DNA of 63,869 nucleotides, filler included, from Pirum gemmata (Eukaryota): NCBI GenBank assembly GCA_002812295.1. It is 14 parts of 14 records of this genome, joined end to end, with 100 filler letters (N's around TTAATTAATTAA, not from the genome) between each part and the next. Parts side by side here need not be neighbours in the genome. Positions count along the whole stretch, not along the records: positions 35,403 to 39,542 come from PDIN01001460.1; positions 39,643 to 43,781 come from PDIN01001461.1; positions 43,882 to 48,028 come from PDIN01001462.1; positions 48,129 to 54,596 come from PDIN01001463.1; 10 more parts are not named here. One strand, 5' to 3'. Shown piece by piece: positions 37,593 to 50,310 of this stretch (position 1 is its first letter; each line of letters starts with the position of its first letter). The notes under the pieces were generated by a model. It saw only the letters and a program-made list of their open reading frames with translations, ran no database searches and was not told where the DNA came from. The position numbers and the translations under genes were made by a program.

Positions 37593-39323
37593 TATAATAA
37601 TAATAATAACGGGTATGGGGATAATGTAAATAACTATAATAACGTTGATAATGGTAACATTGGCTACGCCAACAACATTAATAATATCAATGAGTTTAAC
37701 AACCCGACAAACAACTTTATTAATCACAGCAACAACTTCAATAATAGTAATAATAATAATAATAACCTTAGTTATAACAACAACAACGACAATATCAACA
37801 ACTTTAACAATGTCCACAACACTAGTAACAATGTTTTTATACAGCCTAAAGCCACATTAACAAGGTCAAAAACAACCAACTCTTATGGTTCTTCCAACCT
37901 TCACATTGGCCATGAACTGAGTGGTGATGATGAAGATGATGATATCTTTATGGAAAATAATCGAAGGACAACGTTATATTCTAAAAAACGTATGCCACCT
38001 TTAAGAAAAGGTGCGTCGACTGGCTCTTTAAAAATGGCTTACAGTAGTACACCCAGAAATAGTTTTGACAATGATGCTTTGGCCATCAACAATCCCAACA
38101 CCGCCCCTAGAACCCCGGCAATGGTCCGAAAGAAACGTGTTCATAACCGTTCCTTATCGACTCCGCTCCACTCTCTTACCCTGAATATTGGTAACCCTCT
38201 GTCAGTAGTAAGTACGACTCAGATTGTAGAAGAAAAAAACAGTGGAAATATAAATATCAGTAGCGACAACGAAAAGCAACCCATTTCTAACAAGAATATC
38301 ATTATTACTAACAATACAAATGATGTTACTGAAAACAGTGATAGTAATGATAACATTAAAGGTAATAAGATAACTAAAATTGAAATGGAAGAAAAGTCTG
38401 CCTCCTTTTGTAGTAAAAGCGAACTAAAACTGCCACATACTCAAATCAAAAACACGAAAAAAGTGAAATCCCTCACTAGATTAAATCCCACTACCGAATT
38501 AAAAAATAACAACAATGACATTGAAAAAATGTCTAAAAACACACAACGACCATTATCCTCGACTGCAGCAATCGAAGGAAATAGCAACCGCAACAATAAT
38601 ACAAGTGTTATTGATGGAAAGAAGGTGACAGAAAGTCTTAGTGTTAAAAAAGGGAAAATGTTAATGAAGTCAAACAAGGGCAACAACAAAAGCAAAGTAG
38701 AAATTAAACGATCAAAAAGTATTGGTTATGATTTATCAAAAACTTTAAAATCAGAAATGTCGTCCTCACCAGCGAATATCTCGCATTCGAATGATGATTT
38801 TCTTGGCAAAAAAACAAACGATAGCTCACAATTAACAAAATCTCTAAGATCCAAAAGTGAAATTAGCTTAGTCGATTTAAGTAAAAAGAGAAGTGACCGC
38901 GCCTCAATTTCCAAGACGGATAAAGAGGGTAACAGTAATAGCAACGATTACGAAGCTTTATTAAGACAAATGCAAATATTACAACTTCAACAGCAAAAAC
39001 AGCATTCAGAAACAATGTTATTTATGAACTCTTTAATGCAACATACACAAAATGTAAACAATCGTTTGAACTTATTGGAATCAGAGTTTCAACAGCAAAA
39101 ACGTGTTATCAAAATGGTTTCCCTAGAGAATGTGCATAACACCGATCTAATGGATAGTTTTGTTGATCTTGATGTTGAACTTTCGACAATGAAGCAAGAA
39201 AATGCAAAACTAAAGCAACAAATTTCTCAACTCACCCAAGCCAATGAACCTTCCATCGTACCATCCACGATCAATATTACGGCGAAACCCAAAAATATGA
39301 TTAGTTTGATATCTAGAAAGTAA
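37521..39323 (+). CDS. Asn/Ser/Lys-rich disordered protein with C-terminal coiled coil (terminal exon or 5'-incomplete)
   Basis: 1.8-kb open frame with many RxxS/T motifs and a heptad-like region YEALLRQMQILQ...LKQQISQLTQ. The true start is unclear. Confidence 0.8.
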
Positions 39324-39485
39324 AACTATTCTTTTAATAAAAAAGAATTTTTTAATTAAATAAATAAAGAAAAATTTAATAATAATAATTATTCAAAATC
39401 AAAATCAAAATCAAAATCAAAATGAAAAGAAAAGAAATCATGGAATTGTTGGGTCATTAACGAGAGCTTTAATTTACAAAGTCAA

Positions 39486-39542
39486 GGGTTAGAGTTAGGG
39501 CTAGGGTTAGGGTAGGGTTAGGGTTAGGGTTAGGGTTAGGGT
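39486..39542 (+). repeat. TTAGGG array at a scaffold 3' end
   Basis: Runs into the spacer, about 160 bp after the stop at 39323. Confidence 0.92.
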
Positions 39543-39751
39543 NNNNNNNNNNNNNNNNNNNNNNNNNNNNNNNNNNNNNNNNNNNNTTAATTAATTAANN
39601 NNNNNNNNNNNNNNNNNNNNNNNNNNNNNNNNNNNNNNNNNNAAATAATAATAAATAATAATAAATAATAATAATATTAATAAAAATAAATGATTATTAA
39701 AGTTTAATAAATAATAATAAATAATAATAAAATAGAATTGACTTTTTTATT

Positions 39752-42700
39752 TTAAAATTGAAGCATCACCAACAATGCGTCAACTTGAGATACTGGCTCC
39801 TGTGCCACCTTTTGAATTTCGTCATAATGTTGTTTAATTGGTGATTGTTCAATCATCTGTGCAACCTCTGTAGAAACATCTTCAACTTCCCTTTGTAGAA
39901 ATTGGTCAAACTCATCCCCCAATTTCCAAAACTCATCGTTGGCCCTACTAATACTTGCCTTAGCTTCTGTGACAACTTTTTGTATACCTTCTTTGGCTTG
40001 TTTCCCCAACTCTAGTGCTTTAATAGCTTTACTATCAATAACACTGGTTATCCATTTTTTATCGTCATAAATAGTTAACCCTAAAAGATCCTTTTTCTTC
40101 AACACCGCCAAATCCTCTCCACCAGCAACGTAATGCATAAGTCTTTGGATTTTATTCATTTCGTCAATGTTGGCCGCGGTTAAGTCTTCTCCCTTTGGAA
40201 CTTTAAAAACTCGCTGAATAAAATCATCGAAATTAGTTTTGCCGTCGGCCATTTTTTCACCAAGATAACTCCAAAAATCATCAAAACGCTGCCCCAAAAT
40301 TTTATCTCCTAATTCACTTAAAACATTTTTACAAGTTTGGCCAATGGTTTTAATCGTCTCAATTGGTAAAAGAGCTTTGATTTTGCTATAAAATAAATAA
40401 GCGTTTTGCCTGAAAACCACTGAAAATTCATGGGCCGCTTTAGCCACTGCGTTTTTGAACTTAAGTGTGTCAATAATATAAGGAATATATTTTTCTAGTT
40501 CCGGAGATAAATAATAACCGTAGTGAGTTTTCTTTAATGCCAATACATATTCTAGCATGTCTAAGAAGCGAGCATCCTCCAATCTTAGAAACAAAGCACG
40601 TAATGATTTTAATATAGCTTGATAATAGGCTATTTTGTATCTAGCAGCAATCATAAAATCTTTCCATCCTAGTTTTAACTCGGTAATTGCGCCTTTTAAC
40701 TGACCTGTTTTAAGTTTTGACATGACGTTACCAAAAGTTTCTTGTCTGGTTCTTAGACCGCTTTGTAACGAACCTACGTCTTGTAACTCTTTTCTAAAGG
40801 TGCTGCCGAATTCTAGTATGTCAGCTAAAGGAGTAAATTGTTTCTCAGCCAAATTAGTGATACCTAATTTCTCAGACATTTCTGGAAATAATTCAGCCAA
40901 TTTTTCTAAGCGAGCTGCATTTGCCTCAAATGTGTGTTGGCCACCTACGATAACTCCATCCAAATTGCGCAAGGCCGTATTGATTATGTTATTTTTAAGC
41001 CATTCTTTGATTGTTTCTTTTTGCAAAAACATAACATTAATTTGTTCAGGATGTTCTTTCGCAATTTTTTCAAAATAGTAACCAATGTGCATACTTTCGT
41101 CCGCGAAAAAGTTTTTGTCTAATTTTGATAATTGCTCTTTAGCCAATCTTTCCAAAGCATTTTGACTTTCAATACTAGCTTCCTTAAAAATCACCATAGT
41201 TTGTTCAGGATCGAGTTTGTTTAATTCAGTAAAAAAATTTCCCTTTTCCATATAAACACCTTTTTCCTCTATTGCTTTCAATTTAAGAACTGCGTCCGCT
41301 TTGTCAGGGTAATTCAACATCATTCTCTCCTTGGCAATCGCTTCGAATTCCATTCTACCTTGGTACAAGTTGGTTCTTATCTGGTAATTAATGATAATTT
41401 GCTCTTCGTCATTAACTATCTTAAAAACATTTTTAGCTCTCTCTGGGTTAGCCTCTACCAGTTCTTTAAAATTTTTATATGGATAGTGTTCCTGTACAAC
41501 CGCGTTCAAAGCATCTTTCTGTGGTGTATACATTTTTCGAGACTCTAGAGTGCGGTAACCTTGCAATAGTTCTTCTTTATTTAAGTCCTCAATCGGTTTG
41601 CCTAATTTAGCAGCCTCGGATTGAAAACTTGTTTTAGCACCGAAAAAGTGAAGTTCTGCTTTAGTTTTAGCAGCTGCAGTAGCTTTCTTTTCAGCATCAT
41701 TGACCACCTTCAATATATCATCAATGTTATTATTTCTTGACTCTGCGTATTTCAAAAATGCACCTTCTTGTTGAACTTCTGAACCCAACAATTTCTGAGC
41801 TTCAATATCCAAAGCTTGTTTCTCTGCTTTGTATAATTTTCTGTTGTAAGTTTTGACATAATCTTTGCTCTTTAACAATTTAGCTTTAGCTTTGTTAAAA
41901 TCTTCAAGTACTTTAAACTCAGCTTGGGCTTTCATAACCTTTTCAGCAGCATTCGATGTGTCCGGATTAAAAGGATGAGAGGCCAACTTTCTATCAGTTT
42001 CAATTGCTTTTTCAAAATAGCTTCCCTTTTTCGGCACTGCATCGTAGGCATTACGATTAAATTCATGCAATGTTTTCATAGCCTCCATATCCAAAGCTTT
42101 TTTGTCAGTCTTGCTCAATTCTTTGTAAGCTGCCAAAACTTTTCTAGCATCAGTATCCGATTTTCTCATCATTGAAAAAACATCATCTGTGTTTAAATGT
42201 TTTTCTAACGCCGATCTAGCTTCTACAAAAGCTCTTTGTTCTTGGAATAGTAATTTTCTCTGTAACCCTTTAGCATGAGCTATGTCTGCAATGGTCACGC
42301 CATCAAATGCATCAAAATATTCTAGATTGTCTTCAAGGTCTTCAAGGTCCTTCGTAACTTTGTTTTTATATTCTTCTACTCTTTCAAGGAATTTGCTCTC
42401 ATACTCGACTTCTTTGAATACGTACTCATCAGCTAAACTGATTGGGTCGCAGTCGAAAAATTCATCTACTGTATCCGCAAGAAGTTTTTCAGTAGAAACA
42501 CTTCCATCTGCAACGCCTCTTGCAAGACCCTCTAATACATCATCGGCAGATTTAGAAGATCTTTCTAAAGCTTTTGCAGCGATTTCGGTTGCTTCATCTG
42601 CAAAATCTATCAATATATCCGCTTTTCCTCTTCGCACCCGCTTTGGTTTGGTGGTGGTTGTATCATTTCCGGGTTTTTTAACATTCAAATTCATAGCTGC

Positions 42701-43531
42701 CAAAGCCAAAGCCAAATTTTCACTTTTATAATTTTTGGAATACAAAGTATGATTTAGGAATCCACTCATACCCACCATCCCGTTATCAACAACACTAATC
42801 GGTTGACCATTATTTCTTAAAACTATTATTTGTTTTAATATTTTTTTAGTTGTGCTTTGGGGGGTTTTATCTGGAGAAGCAGCAGGTTTGTCTTTATGTT
42901 CATCATCTCCACCAGTAACATAATTAAATACTTTTTTAAAGGTATTTACAAACCAATTTCTCCGAACACGTTCATGTTTATCAGCAGTAACCTTATCAAC
43001 AATAGCATCATAAAATTCCATAGTTAAACCTGGAAACCCTGCTTGCTCCTTAATCGAGTCTATGCGAGAATTACCGCTTTCAAGATGACTAACACCCCTG
43101 GCTTTTAAATCATTAGCATCAGTTAAGCTCATATCCATAATAGAATTTATGTCAACATTTTCACCAGTATGTTTATTGTAACTATCAATGTCATCTTGAA
43201 GAGCTGAAATGAAAACAAATAATAAAAAATCATAATTAATACTTTAAATATTAAATAAGAACATAATATAGTTATTATTATTATTATTATTATTAACTAT
43301 TTTTATTTTTTTTTTTAAAAAAAAAACAAATAATAAAATAATAAATAAGAAGAGTGAAAAAAATAACTTACTTAAGAGTTGGGAGCTTAATAAATTGTCC
43401 AAATTATTTAGTAAAGTTTCTTTGTTTGAATGAAAAGCTTTGATATCTTCCAATACTGCTGTATTTAATTTATTCTCCGCGTTACATGTGGTAGCTGCCA
43501 CAAGGCAGCAAAAAATTAATTTAGTATTCAT
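39752..43531 (-). CDS. Large secreted alpha-helical protein, about 1203 aa; exons 43531-43372 and 43203-39752
   Basis: Signal-peptide-like MNTKLIFCCLVAATTCNA; phase-1 intron A|gtaagt...ttcag|CT joins it to the 1128-aa ORF; two RVRR sites; K/E/A/L-rich helical body. Confidence 0.88.
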
Positions 43532-43881
43532 AATTGTTATATTAATAAATATTTGTATTTATAAATCATTAACAAAATGAAATAAAAATAAACAAATAAA
43601 AAAAGCACAAAATACAATAAATAAATTGTTATAATTTTTTTTTGTTTATTTTTGTTTATGTTTTCCTATTTATATATCATATCAATAATTTTCAGTTACA
43701 ATTAATTTTACAACAAAACTAGTTTATTACCTTATTTACTTATTTTTTTTATTTTTTTTTAAAAATTATTTATTTTATTATNNNNNNNNNNNNNNNNNNN
43801 NNNNNNNNNNNNNNNNNNNNNNNNNTTAATTAATTAANNNNNNNNNNNNNNNNNNNNNNNNNNNNNNNNNNNNNNNNNNNN

Positions 43882-44002
43882 GTTAGGGTTAGGGTCAGGG
43901 TTAGGGTTTGGGAACTGTTAGGGTTAGGGTTAGGGTTAAGGCTAGGGTTAAGGTTAGGGTTAGGGTTAGGGTTAGGGTTAGGGTTGGGGTTGGGGTTAGG
44001 GT
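43882..44002 (+). repeat. TTAGGG array at a scaffold 5' end in non-telomeric orientation
   Basis: The G-rich strand reads into unique sequence, so the array is interstitial. Confidence 0.92.
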
Positions 44003-44457
44003 AATTTTTAGAACTAGCAGTAGGTGGAAGGAGTCACACGTATCAGTGATAGCTACACTACTATATTTTTAAACTACTGATATGATAGTAGTTACACTGT
44101 ATGATAGTAGCGTAGCTACAGTCGCCTGGTAGACTATGTATTTATTAAAAATGAAAATCAAAGTAGACCTATGATTATCAACTGGTCTATATAATTATAA
44201 CTTACTTTAATAAGACTACGAATGCCATTTTTTCACACGTAGATGTAATTAAATTTTTTGTAGGCCTAGATTGAAGGAGGATTTTTTTTCCAAATTGCCC
44301 TGTAACAAACAGCTCTTGTAACTAGTCTATTATCCGATACTTCTATCGTAGCTCTACACTAGCTAGCTAAAAAACGTCTAGCTAGTAGTTAGCTAGTCTA
44401 GAAAAAAAGTTGATGTGATGTTTCGTCATTATGATAATTATTATTATATTTTGGTAA

Positions 44458-44659
44458 GGGAGCGTTCAAATAATACGTCATGTCAAGGGGTAGGTAGGTA
44501 ATGTAGGTAAGTGGTATTTGACCAGAAATTAACGTCGAGGGGTAGGTAGGTAGGTGGTAGTCTATTTGACAGGAAATTAACGTCGAGGGGTAGGTAGGTA
44601 GGGGTATTTGAAGCTGTATTTGACCGGAAGTTGGCGTTACGTAGTATTTGAACGCTCCC
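44458..44659 (+). mobile_element. MITE family B, Tourist (PIF/Harbinger)-like, intact
   Basis: Perfect TIRs GGGAGCGTTCAAATA/TATTTGAACGCTCCC, TAA duplication at 44455-44457 and 44660-44662, internal GGTA repeats. Confidence 0.92.
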
Positions 44660-45126
44660 TAACTAGCTAGCTGGGTACAAAAAAATATAAGTGCCCAGAT
44701 TATAATATTATGAGGGTCGAAAAATTCATACATCCTACATTACACTGGTTGGAACTTATGTAGAGTTGCGCGCGCTTTAATTGTTATCATCCTCCTTCAT
44801 CTTCTTCATCATCCATTTTACTATCATTATTATCATCATCGATCATTATTGTACATGTTATCACGTATTTATTGATTCCACAAGGGTACCCATCAACATA
44901 TTTTGTAGTATTAATATTAATTAATATTATTATTTTCATTATGTTGAAAATGTATCTGGGCTATAGCGCTGCTATAGCTACCTACTATGATATCCATACT
45001 AAGAAGATGAAATGGCTGCTGACGTAAAAAGGAAATAAACCCAAAACATCTTATAGCTAGTATACTCATACATATTTTTGTAAAGATGAAAGATATATAA
45101 TATTATATTATATGTATATATTATGT

Positions 45127-45300
45127 TCGTGCTTTTCAGTTGTTTTGTCATCATAAAATAGTTCCAAATTAATATAATATAAATCCATTTAATTTAATTT
45201 GGTATATTTTATTATCTATATATTGATTTAAAAATGTCAATTTAAAGATTATAACCCTCCAAATAAATATTCGAATTGACAAAATAAATGAGAGGCACGA
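45127..45300 (+). mobile_element. MITE family A, full-length copy
   Basis: TCGTGCTTTTCAGTTGTTTTGTCA ... TGACAAAATAAATGAGAGGCACGA (about 24-bp imperfect TIRs). Confidence 0.88.
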
Positions 45301-45392
45301 CAATGATATTGATGTATACAGTTGTATACATAGTCTAGAGTAATACTAGACCAGCTGTAGCACCATAATATATTATATAATATTATAACATT

Positions 45393-46766
45393 TTACTGCC
45401 CAAATAACCAATGTACAGTATTACCATCATACATAACGCTAACTTTGACGGTTTGCTGTGGAAATTTAGTAAATGTAGTTCTCTGCCATCCACCACACTT
45501 CCATTTAATGAGTCCTTTTTCATCAGTATCAGTAATGTAGGAATACACATTGCTTCGGTTTTTAATTTCTTTCCATTCATTATGAGTTTGTACTTCGAAT
45601 TTTCTATTCCAACGACATTTATCAATATTATTATTCCCTCTAAATAGTGAACCAATAAATGGAACCACCAAACCACCAAAAATAGTACCCACCAAACCAC
45701 CGACTAATAAAAATTTACATATTGTAACTGCGGCAATGCCAAGTACCCCTAGCACAGTCTGTATAGTAATTTGTGCCAACGATCTGGCCAAAATATGAGG
45801 AGCAAAAATAGCCAAAGCGATTACAGCTGGAACAACAACAGTGGATGCCAAAGTCGCCGCAGTTAATATACCACTTATAGCAATACCCGTAAGAATAATT
45901 GATGAAGCAAAAATACCTGACACAAGCCCTCCAATAATACCACCACCAATGCCAGCAAGAATTGCTTTTCCTTTACTACCAAGCTCTTTGTTGTCTTTAT
46001 TTTCTATTATTTTCTGTTTGATAAAGTTGGCGTAAGTTTTGTTGTTACGCATTTGATCACCAAACATAACCATTTTCTCCAACATAGAAGTGTTAATTGC
46101 ATTTTTTTCACAAATATCTATTACCTGTTTATATTCTTGTTGTGTGTAATTACCAGATATTAATTTTGAAATAAGTTTTTGCATACTTAGCGCAGTTTCA
46201 TCAGAAAATATGGCTGTGTCAAGTTTTGCATTTCTTAGGTTGGCGTTGGTAAAATTAGAGTTACGTAAATCTGCACCTGAAAAATCTGCACCTTCGAAAT
46301 CCAACCCTTGCAAGTCCAATCCACTTAAATCAGCACCAGTAAAATTACGATTAGCACAACATTCTACTGGAATAATACCCTTTTTAAGGTCATCAATATC
46401 TTTTTTAGTATTGACATTTTCATGGTTTGTCACAATCCATTTTACCATATATCCATCATACGAAATATATACGTCGGCAGTAACGTTTTCTCCTAAGTAA
46501 GTTCCTCTACTTCTCTCACTATTACCACACTTCCATTCGAGTTTAGAATGACGCTGGATTTGAAAGAAACGGTCTTTGGGTTTAGTGATTGTAGTAAAAG
46601 AGTATACACGATTTTCTTCAATATCTTTCCAGATACCTTCGCTGTTTTTGATTTGAACTTGTTTGTTATTTTTACAGTAATCAATTTCTTTCCAAGCGTA
46701 TGTATTCTGAACTGTCAAAATCACCAAGATCCCTAAAAGGAGGGAATTTTTAGTAGAAAAAATCAT
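45393..46766 (-). CDS. Secreted/membrane protein with duplicated terminal WKCG domain, pentapeptide repeats and a Gly-rich hydrophobic region, 457 aa, single exon
   Basis: Signal peptide ending TYA-W; pentapeptide run NFTGA DLSGL DLQGL DFEGA DFSGA DLRNS NFTNA NLRNA; about 100-aa hydrophobic Gly/Ala segment; the N- and C-terminal ~80-aa domains align with each other. Confidence 0.9.
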   Translation of the reverse strand: MIFSTKNSLLLGILVILTVQNTYAWKEIDYCKNNKQVQIKNSEGIWKDIEENRVYSFTTITKPKDRFFQIQRHSKLEWKCGNSERSRGTYLGENVTADVYISYDGYMVKWIVTNHENVNTKKDIDDLKKGIIPVECCANRNFTGADLSGLDLQGLDFEGADFSGADLRNSNFTNANLRNAKLDTAIFSDETALSMQKLISKLISGNYTQQEYKQVIDICEKNAINTSMLEKMVMFGDQMRNNKTYANFIKQKIIENKDNKELGSKGKAILAGIGGGIIGGLVSGIFASSIILTGIAISGILTAATLASTVVVPAVIALAIFAPHILARSLAQITIQTVLGVLGIAAVTICKFLLVGGLVGTIFGGLVVPFIGSLFRGNNNIDKCRWNRKFEVQTHNEWKEIKNRSNVYSYITDTDEKGLIKWKCGGWQRTTFTKFPQQTVKVSVMYDGNTVHWLFGQ

Positions 46767-47531
46767 AATTATATTAATATATGATTATATAATGACTATT
46801 ATATTTTATAATGAGCGCTTTAGTTTTTTTTCTTTTTTATTATGAAAAAAAAAAAACAATATTATAATGAATTCGAAACTTGAATTTTATTTTTTTTTAT
46901 GTGTATAATTTAAAATATTTATATACGTGGGGGTTTTTTTTATTTTTATTATTATCATATTATTATAATTCTAAAAAATTTTAATTATGGCCATGATCAT
47001 GTTCGGGATGATGTTCCACAGTGTTCCAACACTTCCACAAATATTTAGCAATAATATTATATTAGACTACTCAGTATGGCAAACTTTCGAATGTTTGAGG
47101 TTTTCAACAAAAATAAGTAAAAAATACTATCAAGGCAAAGAAAGATATGCATACAAAAAAAATGTTGAAATTTTGATATTTATTAAGTATTTATTACTTA
47201 TTTATTGATTACAAATGAACTTTTTTCATTGGTCAGCCTACTAGACCATCCAAATAGGGTAGTTTATGTTCTTTATTAGCTAATATGTTAGTTTTGGTGC
47301 CTATTAGTAGGATAGACTAACTACTAAAAGCCCATCTGGAGGCACCTTTTGTTAGTTTAGAGGATTAAAACTAACAACTAATAAGTCTAGAACTAACAGG
47401 ATAGAGATTAGTGGTCTATATGGTACTATACTTGTTATTGTTCATATATGATAGGAACTACGTTTATTCTGCTGCACACAAATACAGTTTAATAGCACTT
47501 AATTAAGAATACAAAGGAATAAGGGTAAAAT

Positions 47532-47846
47532 GAGTTGATACAATTTGTACCTGAAAATATTTTTAAGTTCGGACAAGAATTTCATGATAATGTATCAATG
47601 CAAGGGCTCAGTTATTTTGCAGGGGTGATAGTTGTTTGTGTATATATGACCATTCGAAGGCCATATTGTGAAGTTATACAATAGTTATATTACACCGGCT
47701 ATAAGAAGATACATGCATTAAAGATTATTGCGGTGGCTACAGGACACAAGTGTATAATACTTTATCTATAACATGTTCTCTGGGAAGAGTGTCTGACAGT
47801 TTTGCTACTAATTGTGATACAAAATTGAATAATCTTTTATTACACA
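47532..47846 (+). pseudogene. Decayed PIF/Harbinger (DDE_Tnp_4-like) transposase fragment
   Basis: Frame from 47532 reads ...GLSYFAGVIVVCVYMTIRRPYCEVIQ*LYYTGYKKIHALKIIAVATGHKCII and, after a frameshift, CSLGRVSDS. This follows the Harbinger pattern G.IDG....I.RP....Q..YY.GYKK.H.LK...V......GR..D, with stops and the first Asp lost. Confidence 0.72.
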
Positions 47847-48776
47847 CTGATGAGTACTAGTTAGTTAAAAATTACATTAATAATAATAATAAAATAAAAT
47901 AATAATAATAATAATAATGTATATAAATAAAAAATGAATGTATAAAATAATAACAAAATCCAACAACAACATCGATAATGAAAATAATCACCACAACAAT
48001 AATGATAATAAAGGTCCTATAATAATAANNNNNNNNNNNNNNNNNNNNNNNNNNNNNNNNNNNNNNNNNNNNTTAATTAATTAANNNNNNNNNNNNNNNN
48101 NNNNNNNNNNNNNNNNNNNNNNNNNNNNTTATATATAAATTATATATTATTGTATAATTATGTATTATTATTATTATTATTATTCATATCTTTATATATA
48201 GTTCAATTCAAAATGCAAAATTGTTGATCGAAATAAATCCTCGAATCTGAAATAAAACTGTGAAATGAACTCTGGAATGAACTGGCTCAATAAAAACGGA
48301 TGAACTAATTTCAGATACTTCTACAAAACTATTCATTTGTAAATTTCTTTATCCAATAATTATTTGTTTTATTATTCATTTATATATGGACCTGTAGATT
48401 ACACGGGTCTCTACTACTAGAGCTACTACTAGCTAGCTGAGTCTAACTAGCTAGTAGCTGAGTCTTAGTCTTCAGACTTCAGTCGGAATCAGCCCCTCTC
48501 TTCACTGTTCCTACAGTGTTCCAATCGTAAACCAAGTAGTCTAGGAGAGATCTACGGTCAATCTATCACCCACCTTTTTACTTTTATTTGTTATCATACA
48601 AACAACCAACAAGTTTTCATTTTTCGAGCTCCATATTATAATTATCGATATGATATAATATAATATCGATATTAAATTATCTGATATTCAGTACTATGAT
48701 ATTATACCTCCGATGTATAGATTATTTATAATAATTGTATTATATTGATAAACTTTGATAATATAATATATATGGT

Positions 48777-48957
48777 GTGCTTTTCATTTATTTTTTCACT
48801 CTGAATATTTATTTGGTTGGTTATAATACTTAAGTTGACATTTTTAAATGAATAAATAGATAATAATATACCAAATTAAATGAAATGGATTTATATTGTA
48901 TTGATTTGGTACTCTTCATTGTATACTTTATGATGACAAAACAACTGAAAAGCACGA
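48777..48957 (-). mobile_element. MITE family A, full-length copy
   Basis: GTGCTTTTCATTTATTTTTTCA ... TGACAAAACAACTGAAAAGCACGA. Confidence 0.88.
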
Positions 48958-49300
48958 TGAGACCTACATTATATTTATCAATCGCACGCGTGTTCTTTTA
49001 AGAACGTGCACACGCCATGATAAAAACCACCTTTATTATTATTATATTATCGTATAATCGTATAAACTAAAATAAACATATTATTATGGTTAAACTATTA
49101 GACATGTTTAATTAAAATTTGGTATTTTATACGTTATGTTGTATTTTATAAACAAGTTCAATTATGAATTAAAAAGTACCAAATTAAAGATTGAGAGGAT
49201 AACTGTAATGAAATAGACGATATATAATTATATATATTATGATAATAGGTTTTTAATAATAACTTGAAAATTGTTTTTTTTTTTTTTTTTTTAATAATTA

Positions 49301-49332
<32 letters not shown>

Positions 49333-50256
49333 ATTCATGTTGTTTTTTTCTTTTTCTTCGTTTTTTTGTAACAATCTCTAGCAAACAACCTAGAGTAATA
49401 AAAAACAAACTGCAATAAAAATAACCAATTTTCAAAAACGTTATTACCACATTACTGTTGCTTTTATTTTTAATATTACTATTATTATTATTATAATTGA
49501 TTAATTATTAGTATTATTAATATACATATATGTATATATGCACTTCATATTAATAATGCTACTATGCTATGTTATAAATAAAGCATTATTATTAATATTA
49601 TATTAATATATTATATTATATCATACTACATATTATAATANNNNNNNNNNNNNNNNATTAATATTATATATAATTATACCCTATTATATATTAATATAAT
49701 TATTGTGATTAATTGGTGTAGTTAGTGTTATTATCTTTTGATGTTAACGTTACTTTGATAAAATTAATATTATTCATAAACAGAGAACAAACAGCCGAGT
49801 AAACGAAGTAACAAAACAACAAAATAAATTGGTAAAGTAATAAAATTTTAAATAATTAGAAACAAACAACTTTTTTTAAATAAAATACCAACCAACCAAC
49901 CAAACTAAACAAATTAAAAATAATATAATAATATTAATATCTATAAATAATATTTATAATGAAGTAGACAAGAGTTAGACAAGCAACGTAGGAAAACGCA
50001 AAAAAAGCAAAAATAGATCCACAGCTGTAGTTAGGCTAGGTCAAGTAATAAACTCTGTAGTCTAGAATATACTCTGGAGAATATGCTATAGATAGCTACT
50101 CAAAACAGGCAATTCAAATTACAACTACTAGCAATTCTATTATTATCTCTAGTATCTATAGCCCTTTTTTTCATCGATACAATATTTGATATTTTAACTT
50201 ATACATACTATAATTATAAGCTACTATAAGTATACTATATAAATAATATAAAGACT

Positions 50257-50310
50257 TTTTAAGACAACTGGCATTCTTATTTATGAATAAGACTGCCAGT
50301 TGTCTTAAAA
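50257..50310. repeat. 25-bp near-perfect inverted repeat (hairpin)
   Basis: TTTTAAGACAACTGGCATTCTTATT-TATG-AATAAGACTGCCAGTTGTCTTAAAA, one mismatch. Confidence 0.93.

Noticed and set aside
40722..42731. Plus-strand ORFs overlapping the 1128-aa gene
   Set aside because: Antisense shadows of the long minus-strand CDS.
48200..48345. Frame with three in-frame TGA suggesting TGA=Trp recoding
   Set aside because: No recognisable protein, and the confirmed genes use TGG for Trp and translate with the standard code.
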